A stretch of DNA of 64,000 bases, taken from NCBI GenBank assembly GCA_024137785.1, contig JAHRHZ010000026.1, positions 10,346,857 to 10,410,856 of the forward strand. The letters are read 5' to 3'. The notes beneath the pieces were generated by a model. It worked only from the letters and a program-made list of their open reading frames with translations, was not told the DNA's origin and made no database searches. The position numbers were made by a program, and so were the translations under genes. Below are positions 12,599 through 25,000 of this stretch, in pieces. The stretch is from Ginglymostoma cirratum. Taxonomy: Eukaryota. Every line of letters starts with the position of its first letter. Within the stretch, counting starts at the first letter, position 1.

Positions 12599-13474
12599 CT
12601 TTCCAGAAAAAGATGTTGAATGTTATTGGAACACTATGCTTCACCTTTAATCCAAGGTTTAGTCTTCAAAAGCTAAAATATTCATAACTCTTTCAGGTCT
12701 GCGTTATTTCTGTTGCTTCTCTTGACAGCATTGGTTTTCACTTGGCTTTGCAAGTTCAAGTTTTAAAAAGACTAATGAAGAATTTTTTCCTTGAGCCCTT
12801 TTCTTAATTTCTCAAGATATGTTGGTCAAATGTCATGTTTAAAATTGTCAAAAGGTTTTTGTCCTACTATGTATTTACTGCATTGCACACATCAGTGTCC
12901 AATCCAGAGACAGAACACTCAATCCCATTAAAGTTGAGAACAGAAGGAAACAAGGTAAAATACATTTAGTGTCTTCAGGTTTATTAAAGTAATATATACA
13001 GTGCATAACTCTAAATTATTTTCCAAAAGCAACCATTTTGTATTATCTATTCACTCAAAGTCAAAAGATTAAAACTTCTTAGTAGTACAAGTGATGTAGC
13101 ATTCATTGACCATACCCATTTGTCCTGAAAAAAATGGCTTACTGTTCTGCTTTGGAGGGCATTGAGAGTCAACCCACAGTATGAGCATCTGGGCGCTAAA
13201 TGTTGTTTGTGAACACATTTGGATGCCAGGTTTATTGAGGTCAATTTCATAATTGCTATGTCATGTTTTAATCACTTAAGTACTGGATACCACGACTATT
13301 ATGTCTTGTATATTGTATCTAGCTGTAGTCAGGAGTTAACCAGTCACGAGCCTCCCCAGTAGTCTCCAAGTTATTTTATGATCCTTTACCTAATACATAA
13401 CCAACACTTATTCAGAAATCAGACTCATGCAGGAAAGCAGCAAGATACCACTACTGCTGCCCATGAAAGTGTAC

Positions 13475-13850
13475 ATCATAGGATTACCAAAGATATATGG
13501 CACAGGAATGGGCCATTTGGCCCAACCAATCCATGCCATTGTCATGCTCAATCTTAGCCATCCATTCAACATCATCTACAATCTATCATAGTAACCCACT
13601 ATTCCCTTCTCCCTTATGCGCTTTTCTGGCAACCCCTTAAATGCACCTGTAGTATTCACTTCAACTGTGGTGGCAAAATCCACACTCTAAGTTTCTTCAG
13701 TATTCCTTTTGAATTTCTTAGTGACTATCTTGTATTGATGACGTCTAATGATGCTCTTCCCTACCCCAAGAGGAAACATTCCCTTTGTATCTATGCTATC
13801 AAAAAATTGGCATAATTACAAAAAAATTAAAGATTTCTATTAGGCTCCAA
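13475..13850 (-). mobile_element. CR1 LINE 3' fragment
   Basis: ggccatttggccca tail and RT C-terminal remnant. Confidence 0.55.
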
Positions 13851-13919
13851 TAAAGGTGGACAGAATACATAAATTTTATTTATATATTATATATACACAC
13901 ACAATGATTCAAGTTGAGG

Positions 13920-14680
13920 GACTCCTCAGGGTGAAGAGGCAACAATAACCAAAAATTAGTTTTGAAAAGTAAAGAATGCTCTGAAATTAGTGAATACAGG
14001 AAAAGTTCCAGGTATTGATGCAGTAACAACAGAACTTCTAAAAGTCTTCAGAGAAACAGAATTAGAAGCGATAACAGAAATTACAGAAATTTAGAATATG
14101 ACTTGAGTATGAACACCAAAAAGACAAAACAATGGTGGTTCAACGGAAAACATTAGAAGAAACTAAAATGAAGATTGAAATAAACAGTGTCATCCTGGAA
14201 CAAGTAGTTAAGTTTGTCTCTTTAGGACAAATGATAACTGAAGATGCTAGATCTGATATATATATTAGATTAGAGACTGCCAAAGTGATTGCAAGGATGT
14301 GTCAACAGGAAAGCTCACAAGATATCATACTCTATCCACTTTTCTGTATGCCTCAGAAATGTGGGCAATTATATAAAGATTCACGGAAGAACATGAAGGT
14401 GCATGAAATATGGATGCCAGGATGCATGCTAAAAATTCCACTTATGGATCATAAACAAATGAGGTGCGTTAAATTGAAAGAGCTAAGAGAACACTAAAGA
14501 ATGACATCCAGACAAGAAAATGTCAATATTTCAGCTATTTGTTTAGAACTGAAAAGTTCTAAGGCAAAGTAGAAGGCAGCAGAAATGATGGATGTCAGAG
14601 TGATTGCTGACAAGCTGCAATGGATGCAAGAAACTAGCACAAGGCAAGTGAGGCATACCAGAAAAGATCTCCTAACCGGG
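13920..14680 (+). mobile_element. RTE-clade LINE remnant
   Basis: KVPGIDAVTTELLK; MNTKKTK..; LEQVVKFVSLGQMITEDARSD; EIWM...MLKIP motifs. Confidence 0.65.
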
Positions 14681-15072
14681 GTAGTTACAGACAGCAGCAG
14701 CAGAATTAGGTCATTGCTCACTCCTTTTTTGGAGACAATAGACACAGCCTATTGATCCTTTCTCTATATGTAAACTCACCCATTTGTTTCCTCGTTAATC
14801 TATTCCACAGCTTCTCCAGTGCCTCTACATCCTTTTTGGTAGAGTGATTTGTTTCGTTATGGACGAGGAGAGAGACAGAATAACAAGTTGAGAATCGCAC
14901 CAAACAGAATATCTTCATAAAGTTTAGGAGAATTTAAAGGTTCAAACTGATCCTTTAAAAAGAGTACAGTATCCAGAAGAAAGTACAATATTTGACTATC
15001 ATTCTCTACTGTTAGCTGGTCTCACCTGATTTAGTTTTAAGTATGTTAAAAATTGGTCTTAGTACTCAAGGA

Positions 15073-15312
15073 TAGAATCATAGGACCTGTACAGTGTGGA
15101 AGCAGGCTATTTGGCCAATTCAGTCCACACCAACCCTCCAAGTGCATTCCACCAAAATACACCCCCTATCGCCACAGTCCTGCATTTCACTGCTAATTCA
15201 CCCAGGCTGCACATCCCTGGATACTATGGGCAATTTAGCATGGCCAATCCATCTAACCTGTGAACCCATGTTCCTGGTACTGTGAGGCAGCAGTGCTACC
15301 ACTGTGCCATCC
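15073..15312 (-). mobile_element. HE1-like V-SINE, internally deleted, just 3' of the CNKSR1 stop
   Basis: same head and tail as other HE1 copies. Confidence 0.75.
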
Positions 15313-15601
15313 TTGGTCGGCAATAAGATAAAAGAGAGAACAATCAGCCACAGCATCCTCTCCTAATCACAATCCAGCAGTCTGCACTAGAAGTGCACGT
15401 GATTACCAACTGAATATAGGATCATGCTTAATAATGATATTGTTCAATGAAATAGTCTTAAGAGACATTATGAACATTAGTACTGGGAGACTGCCAAATT
15501 TGTTCAATTTGTTCAGGGCAATGAGCTGAATAAACAAGGCTTAGCTTCATGCTCATACATAGGGGTTCATTTCTCTTGTTTCTCATTGATCTGGTCTGAT
15601 C

Positions 15602-16054
15602 TTAAGGCTGCCATAGTACAGATCTTGAGTTGCTAGACGATTTGGGACAGCTCGGAGTCCTGTCTGTGCTAGATTCTGGTTGGCAATTCAACCCTTCTAT
15701 ACAATTGTCTTCTCCAATTCCCAGTTTTAAAGATGCACTCTCTGTACAGTGTCCTTTTCTGTTCTCCAATTCCATATCAGACATGGATGCTGAGATTTCT
15801 GCTGCCATTGGTTCCATATCAAAACAAGGTAAAGGATTTTCTGAGGCACCCATTCCCATTTCTGTCATAAATGCTCCTGATTCAGGAGCTAACTGCTTGG
15901 CTCCCTCTTTCCGTCCTTCAGTTGCAATCTGCTGAATCTTCCGGATGTCTGCCAGCAGCTCCTGGTTTTCGTCTTTCCAAATTCGAAACTTTTCTGCTGT
16001 TAAATTTGGATCCTCCAGAATCTTATCAATGGATTGTAAATCTACTATCTTTGC
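15602..16054 (-). CDS. CNKSR1: CNKSR1 last coding exon: AKIVDLQSIDKILEDPNLTAEKFRIWKDENQELL...SVLWQP*
   Basis: attttcag acceptor; 453 nt open to TAA; aligns with human AKLQELQVLEEVLGDPELTGEKFRQWKEQN (recalled). Confidence 0.9.
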   Translation of the reverse strand, partial: AKIVDLQSIDKILEDPNLTAEKFRIWKDENQELLADIRKIQQIATEGRKEGAKQLAPESGAFMTEMGMGASENPLPCFDMEPMAAEISASMSDMELENRKGHCTESASLKLGIGEDNCIEGLNCQPESSTDRTPSCPKSSSNSRSVLWQP

Positions 16055-19000
16055 CTGAAAATATCCAAATAATAAGGTTAGTGAATACTGTAAAAAATTT
16101 CAAAAATCACAATGCAGACAAACCACACAATGGTATTAATCTAATCACATGCCTTCAGTGTGCTCTGCAGTGTTCTCAGATAATGTGCTTTCTCATTGAT
16201 GATGGGATTCTTGTTTCGTCTGATGAATGACCAATGATAATCTTTCCGAAAGGGTTGCTCCTTACCGATCAGTGACACACCTTCCTGCTGCAAGACTCTT
16301 ATTAATGTCTCCAGCTCATCATTTGAGCCTTGACCAGGTTCTAAAAACAAATGGACAGAAACACCAGTAAGCTTCCTTAACAGACACTAAAAAAATTTCG
16401 TTTCCTAACAGTTGTGTAAAGTGGAAATTCAAGGTTCTGGAATTCCTTTGGCTTTTTTTTAAACCACTTTATCTAAGTTGGTCAAAATTGATTCATATGA
16501 ATGGACTACCATGTTCCTGGAAAACCTAAATACCTTATTAATCACATGAAAATAATTGACTTACGGCTGCACTGAATGAATTCACAAACATGCTAAATTC
16601 CGATAAGTTGATCAGTCACTACTAGAGGAAACTAAACCTTAATTAATTGTGCAGAATATTTTTTAGGAGTGAACTAAAAAGTTTGAAGTGACAGAAATTT
16701 GTGACCCTGAGGAAACAGACATCTGTTTATAAACTCAATGCAAAGCTTCCACTGAGGCTGTTCTGGAACTGGTCCTCACTCAACAAGAAGTAGTTCTGTA
16801 GAATTCTAATTGTCCAGGTACATAGATTTTGCTCACATCCCCCGAAGTGCTAATTCGGGAGTGCATTTCAACTGATAGTGACCAGTTACAAATACCTCAC
16901 CTAAGAGCTTATTTCCCATCTGTAGATCTAAACAATGAAAGCCAGGAAATGATTCAACAATGCAGGAACAGAAACAACAGCTCAATGCAATCCTCTTCTA
17001 GTGCACAGCAGCAGATTGTAGGAAAGGAAAAGGTTGTGGATAGACATCTGTGTTGGCGAGGGGAGGGGGTTATTCCGGGGCAACAAACAGGAAACAAAAG
17101 AGGATCAGTTTTGCTAAGCTCCTGGCCACAATAAGAAAAATAAGAGTTGAATCAGGTGAGGGCAATCCTACTGTCGGATGATGGTAGAGGATGTTTCTCT
17201 TTAATTTTAATCATTCATGGGATGTGAGCTTTGCTGTTAAGTTCAGCATTTAATACCACTCCCTAATTGCCCATGAAAGTGATGGTGAACTGCTTTCTTC
17301 AAACAATACTGCTTGTGTGAAGGTACTCCCACAATTGTTCCAGATATTTGATCCAGTAATAATAAAGGAACAGCAATATATTTCCTAGTAAGGGTAGTTA
17401 CTTAACTTGCAGGGGAGCTTTGAGTTGATGTTCCACATGTTAACCTTGTCCTCTAAGTGGTAGTCTGTTTGGGAGGGGCTATTAAAAAGGTTTGATCGGT
17501 TTCTGTAGCCACATTGTGCTGGCATTGGATGGAGTGAGTCTTTAAAGTAGTGAATTGAGTGCCTTAATCAAGTCGGCTGCTCCATACTGGCAGTGTTAAG
17601 CTTCAGGAATTGTTAGAGACCCACTTATTCAAGCAAGTGTATAATATTCCATCACGTTCCTGACTTAAACTTTTGTTGGTGATGGTAAGGTTTTGGGGAA
17701 GCAGGAGATGAGTCACTTGCTGCAGAATACTAAGCTTCCAAACTGCTCTAGACACCACGGCATTTATGTGGCTGTTTATTGTGTTTCTGGCCAATAATGA
17801 CCATTGATGGTAGAGGGTTCAGTGTTGTTAATGTGATTTAATAACAAGGGAAGTTTTTTTTTGAAATGGTCATTTACTGACACTTGAGTGGTGCAAATGA
17901 TACTTGACCGTTATCAGCCTAAACATGGATGTTGTCCAAGTATGCTGCACATGTGTATGCACTGCTTCGTTAGCCAGGGAACTGCAACAGAACTGTATTG
18001 CTTTGTAACGGTCAGTGGACATCCCCATTTCTGATGTTATTGCAGAGAAAAAGATCTTTGGGTAAGCTTATGAAGATAGTTGTGTTTAGAACACTGCAAC
18101 CATCTTTCTTTGTTGTTAGGTATGATTCTAAATAGTGAAGTGGTTTCTCCCAGATTTACATCAACTTCAATTTTACTGATTCCTTGTTGCCAAACCCAGT
18201 CAAATACTGCATTGATGTTAACGCAAGTCACTCTTGCCTGATCTCCACAATCCAGGTTTTTTGTCCATATCTGGAGAAAGATTGGAATGAGGTCTGGAGC
18301 AGAGTCTGCCTCACTGAATCCAAACAGAGCATATTACTTGCGCATAAGTGCCACTTAATAACATTGTTGGTGACTCCTACCATCACTTTGCTGATGTTTG
18401 AGCAAGCTGATGAGATGGCAGATGACCACGTTGATCTTGTCTTGCTTTTCTGGATAGGACATATCTGGAAACTTTGCCAGATAGATCCCACCATTGTAGC
18501 TGTTTTCAAAGTTTCATCAGAAGCTCTTGTCACCAATTGTGTTAAGAGAACACAGAAACAGTGGCACTGAACCTGAGACACAGAGGGAAAGGAGGAAGAG
18601 CAGAAGGGAGGAACTGACTGATGAGGAATGGAATATGTTTAATTTGTCAGTGAACATTCGAGTATGGAAAGTGGATGGGGGCAAGTAGACTCAGATTATC
18701 TTAAAGAGATGAGATTTTCTTGAAAGACACATTCTATCAGCAGCTTTGAGGATTTGTCCAATTGCTCCTACCTGGAAAAGGCTTCCTCTCCTTACTGGGG
18801 CTGGATGGCACGCTAAGACGGCCGGTGTCTCCACTGTGTCCAACTTGTCCGTAGTTACCTGATGAATGTCTCAATTGTTCTGTAGGTGAAAGATTGTTGC
18901 TCCTCTACAAACAAATGAAGGCATGATTCATTGTGACAATTATTAGCTACTGTTTGGCTAAGTACTCGTGAAAGAATATTATTATTGACAAATTAAGCAT

Positions 19001-22000
19001 TTTCAATTCTCTAACAATCAATTCCTTCCTTCTATCCTCCGCTTCCCTTCTCCCTTTTTTCTACTCCCTCCCATCTCTTATCCCTTTCTAAAGGCAGGTT
19101 TAGCAGCTAATCATGACAACCACTGAATATTCCCCATGCATGAACATCAGGTAATGCAGAACATTGGGCCGGTTGTTGAATATCCCATCAATGCTCTCAG
19201 TATTTAGTCATATGTGGAGATTGATTACAAGGGCAAGGTCTCAGGGAGCAATTGGTACCCACAGAACAGTAACCCACAAGGAAATAACAACCTTCAGAAG
19301 ATTCAAGACTGTAATGGGGGTGGAGGAATGAGGAGAAGAGGGCAGGAACTATGACGTACTGACTGATCAGATCAGAAAGAGACTGCACTCTCTGCAGGAA
19401 AAGTCCATTGCATTGGATTCCACACTTAAGTCAGGCATTACCTAGTCCTACAAGTCATTGCCCCACAGCATCTTTTACATCCACTGGCAGGCTACTGCAT
19501 CACCTCTAGTATTCGTGGCCCTTTTACTCATTCAGCTTACTTTGAAACAATGTTGAATGTTTTCTTTGCCTATTTTCTACTCATTTCAAATCTGACAGTA
19601 CTTACAAGGTAGGATTTGGATCGAGGAGTGCCAGTTATTTCTGGAGAATCATCACATTCTTCAGTCTCTGTCTCACTCCAGCAGTCTGCAGTGAGACAGG
19701 TAATCAGTTTTAACAAAAGCAAAATCAAACACAACAACATGTCATTTTTTTTAAATACAAGCTTGGGAGTACAGTAGAGCTATACTCAACATAGATGGTA
19801 CTACATCCCCCCCATTTGGCAGGAATATGTATTACAACAAAAAAAATACATTTTATCCCCAGACCCCAGGAGAACATTTAAAGTTTTGGCAAAGATCTGT
19901 AGCTCAGGTTGTGGGTGAGGTTGTTGATTTCATCGCTGAACTGGCTTGTTCTTGTTCAGACGTTTCGTCACCATGCTAGGTGAAATTATCAATGGAGCCT
20001 CCGCTGAAGTGATGTTATTCTACTCCACTTGGAATTTATACTGTCTGGTCCGTTATGGTGAGTTGTGTTATTTGCGGTTTTGATCTGTATGGGGTCCAAT
20101 TCTATATGTTTGTTGATTGCATTACGGGTGGAGAACCATGCCTCTAGGAATTCCTGTGCGTGTCTACGTTTGACTTGGGCTACTATGGTTACCTTGTCCC
20201 AGTTAGACTGTGTACCGATATTAAGGAGAGTTCGTTGTGCCGTCTTGCTGTTAGTCGATGTTCATGTATTCTGATGGCTAGTTTCCTTCCTGTCTGTCTG
20301 ATGAAATGTTTGTGGCAGTCATTGCATGGTAATCGGACAGACAGGAAGGAAACTAGCCATCAGAATACATGAACATCGACTAACAGCAAGACGGCACGAC
20401 AAACTCTACTTAATATCAGAACACTCAGATAATGAAGTCCACCAGTTTAACTGGGACAAGGTAACCATAGTAGCCCAAGCCAAACGTAGGCACGCACGGG
20501 AATTCCTAGAGGCGTGGTTCTCCACCTGTAATGCAATCAGCTAACAGGTAGAATTGGACCCCATATTCAAACCCCTTACAGATCAAAACCGGAAATGACA
20601 CTACTCACCATAACGGACCAAACAGTATAAATTCCAAGCGGAGTAGAATAACATCACTTAGTCGGAGGCTCCACTGATGATGTCACCTTGCATGGTGATG
20701 AAACAACTGAACAAGAACAAGCCAGCTCGGCGAGCAAGTCAACAATCTCACCTATGAGAACATTAATAATCCTAATCCAACCTTACCCAAGATAAAATAA
20801 AGATTGATTCCACTATTGCTAGTGGGACTCCAGTGGCAGAGTGTATTCAATAAGGAGATGGCCAGATAGATTAGGAAATTCCCAGGTTTGACCAGCAAAT
20901 GCTGAATTAATTGATCCTAGCTAGGGAAGTGTTTGGCTGCTAAATCTCACAAAAGGCAAGATTTGTAATAACTGTTCCAAATCCAATCAGCACCCAAAAT
21001 TTACACTGTTGGCAATGGATAATGGTCACATTGGTGAGGTACTAGAGAAAGTATCCACAACATATGGAATCTATATTCCAATGAAAGTCAGGACATCAGC
21101 AAAAGGTCAGGTATTGTGAGTGGGGAGGGTGGAGAGTTAAATACAGAAGATACATTCAATGAAAACAATTATCTTGATTTTGGAGAACAAGACATCTGCA
21201 GGTCTGCACCTGATCTGTGATGCCACACTGTATGAATAAGTATGTCTGGAAAAGATAGTCAGTTTTAGATTGGTTAACGGGTAGCAATCAGATTTCTGGA
21301 TTACAAAATCATGGGCTGAAGCTCCACTTCAGAACTTTATGTATGCTGGCACTTCAGTGAACTCTAAGAATCTGAGAGCCTATGCTCCACGTTTCAGAAT
21401 CAAGTACAGCAAAGTATTTATTCAAAGATGTATTTATTTATCATATTGGTAATGGCACACTTTGAATGCCTGTAATTGCACTGGTTCATTATCACTCTGC
21501 ACATGTACTACAATGAATGCAGTATGTTATCAATTATAAATTCAAAGAGGTTGCTTTTCCCAGGGAACCAATACCTGTGAATCAGTATAGGATTATGCAA
21601 CAATTGCTGGGCTCCAGTTCCTGCTATATTCAACACACACATTTTATTGATTCAGAGTTCGGCGGGAACTCTGGAAGTTTTTCTGCCTCGAGCTTCTTAC
21701 CTTCCTCTTTGTTTTCAGAGGGTTTCTCAGTTTTGTACTTTTGAATGGCACTGATGAGGCTGTTAATCCACCTACATATTAAGAACAGAGTTAGGAGCAG
21801 AGACACCACAGACTGCACTGAGCAAAAAAAAGCAGAGCAAGGGATGTGTCATCGCTGAAATATGGAGTGTTAGCACTGACATGAGGTATTGTTTCCTAGG
21901 ATACAGGGCTGCAAGAAGCCATCTCCAAACACACATCAAGGGCAAAAACTCTAGGCTGCTTTATTATATTCCAGGAGATAGAATAAGCATTTGTCAATCC

Positions 22001-25000
22001 ATATGTTCAATTTAGTCTTTTTTTTAAATTGCATGACATACAATGTTAGGAGTTTACAGCTATACCACTTCAGCTGTATCAAGAGCACTACTTACTTCCT
22101 CATTTCATCTACATTGTCTGCTGAAAAGACAAAGGACTTGAACTTCTGGTGACAAAGCTGGAATACACTGCCGAGAAAGGGGAAGACAGTTTGACTAAAA
22201 ATTAAGATACACAGGATGATATAACCCTCTACCACCCTACAAGGTCCTTGACACAGAGTGTTTACACTGGGCATACAATCACATTGTGTTCACTCCCCTC
22301 TTGACTTGATGAATTTTGGAATGCGTACATAAAATATTGACCAGAATTAGAATCAGAACAGATATGGTTAAAATTAGGTTTCAATTTCAGCAAACAGAGA
22401 AACTTTAGCTACTTTGTGTTATTCTCTCTTGTTGCTCAGTATAGAGAGGTTTTGGTGGAGAATGTACACAGCCCCTCCCCAATTCTAGGTCATTCTGTTG
22501 CCCTTGTTACTTCTCCCAAGCTACCTGTCAACTGTAGTCAAAGCAACTATCAGGCAGCCTGTTACCAGAATTTTCCTGAACTGGTGCCAAATGTATGGGG
22601 AGTACTATTCCCCTGTCCTCTCAATATCGGATCACACCACCTACAATTTACATTCACTAATGTACACAATATAAAAGGGGAGAGGGGTCTCAGACACTTA
22701 CAATTTTCTTTTGTGCTCTCCAGCTGCCTCCACCGAGTATGAAATCAATTTGATTAATCCCTCGGCTTTCTCATCCTTTCAGGAACCACAAACAAGTTAT
22801 TCAGAAACAGTTTCACCACAAGCATTAATTTACTTCAATTTGTTGCATCCTTTTCTTTTCACCCTTACAGTTCAGCCAACAGACGTTCCTCTGAACCTTT
22901 TAAACATGCATTAACTAATTTTCTTACCCCATGCGACCAGAACAAAAACCATCCCCAAACCAAATGCAACATTTTACCCTCTCTACCCCATTCCAGCAAG
23001 ACACGGACTCTGATCTCAGTGCAAAAACAAGAAATCACTCATACCAGCTAAATGAGAGTGGACCCCATTACTCAGAGTTCCAGTCTCAATTATAGCTGGT
23101 CAGTGAGGAAAGGAGGAGGAACAGGAAGATGTCAGGGAATTCAAGTGGTAATGGCATGCGGGTGTGATGTACGATTCACTGACATACAAACTACACCAGG
23201 GTATGAAACAACCCCTGTTATGTGTTGCCAATAATTGCAGAGATCTCCAAACACCAGTCAAAAGCTAATGAGTGGATGCAGAGAGGTAGGGAGTGAGAGA
23301 TTTGCCATGGGCCATTCCCATTCTCAACTGTGGGAATACTCACCTGTCACTAGCCACACTTGTCACTGAAACTCACAAAAAAGATGCTACAAGTGATCAT
23401 CACATAATTCATTTTTCACATTTATGAATTAGTGTTTGTTGAATCTGTTTCTTAATTTAATCTTGAATTGCTTCATCCCAAACAATGCTGAAGAAATTCA
23501 GGGTAGTTGCCTTATTTGCAGTGTAAGCACGATTTCATCCAGAACTTCCTCAGCCCCACAGACACAGTTTTTTAAAAAAAACTCATAGGATGTGGGCATT
23601 GCTGACTAGTCCATTATTAAATGACTATCCCTTATTCTTCTCAAGGAGGTGTTGCTGAGCTGCCTTCTTTATTAAACCTTGTAGGTGCACCCACAGCACT
23701 GTTAAGGAGGGAGTAACAGAATTTTGACCCAGAAACTGTGAAGGAATAGCAATATTGTTCTATGTCAGATGGTGTGTGGCTTTGAAGGCGACTTGCATGT
23801 GGGGGTCATGTTGTTCCCATGCATCTCTTACCCTTTATGTGGTTTAGGTTGCAGGTTTGGAAGACGCTAAGCTTCAGCGGTTAAATTATGAGGACAGATT
23901 ACACAAATTAGACTTGTTTTCTCTGGAATTTAGAAGGTAAAGAGGTGATCTGATTGAAATCTTCAAGGTATTAACAAGAAAAAAAAAACTATTTCCACTG
24001 CTTGGGAATTCTAGAACTAGGGGGCATAGTTTGAAAACTAGGTCTAGACAATTTAGGAGTGATGTTAGGAAGCACTAATACACAAAGAATGGTAGACGTT
24101 TGGAACTCTCTTCCACAATTGGGAGGGGACGGCAGGATCAGTTTAAACTTGGGAGATAAATTTTAGTTAAAGCAAAAGGTATTAAGGGATTTGGGCTAAA
24201 GGCAGATATATGGAGTTAGGCCACATCAGCCATGATCTCGTTGAATGGTGAAACAAGCACGAGGGCTGTATGGCCTACTCCTGTTCCTATGTTCCTAAGA
24301 GCCTGAGCGGGGTACTGAAAAGCATCTTATAAATTGCATGCATTGTTGCCATTGTGTTTTGGTGGTGAAAATGCAAACATGGAAGATAATAGAAGTGGTG
24401 GCCAGTCAAGTGGGCTGCTTTGTCCTGGATGGTGTTGAGTTTCTTAATGTTGTTAGAGCTGCATCTATCCAAGCAAGTGGAGAATATTCCCTTACACTCC
24501 TGACTTGTGCCATATAAATTGCGGACAAGCTTTGGGAAGCCAGGAGGCGAGTTAATCACAGCAGAATTTCAAGCCTTTGACCTGCTGTTGTGACCACTGT
24601 AAGTGTGTGATTAATCCAGTTCAGTTTCTGGTCAACAGTAAACCCTAGGATGTTGACAGTGGGGGATTTAGTGATGGTTATGCCATTAAATGTCAAGGGA
24701 CGATGGTCGGCTTCTCTTTCTTCTCAAAGACATAATCTTGCACTTGTTTGGTGTGAATTACTTGCCACTTATCAACTCATGCCTGGATGCAATCCAGAAC
24801 TAGGGGTGGGTTAGCTCAGTTGGCTGAACAACTGGTTTGCAATGTAGAGTGACACCAACAGCATGGGTTCAACTGCTGCACCATCTGAGGTTACCATGAA
24901 GATAAACATCAATCTCTCCCCTCACCTGACAGTAACCCTCATGTTAAACCACTAACAGTCTCTGATGAGATAGCAGCCTGATTATCCTCCAAAACTATGG

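Noticed and set aside
13875-13880. Minus-strand AATAAA as the CNKSR1 poly(A) signal
   Set aside because: Other equally plausible hexamers exist (13231, 12980), and sequence alone cannot choose between them.
15630-16230. Plus-strand ORFs of 101 and 119 aa
   Set aside because: Antisense shadows of the CNKSR1 terminal exons.
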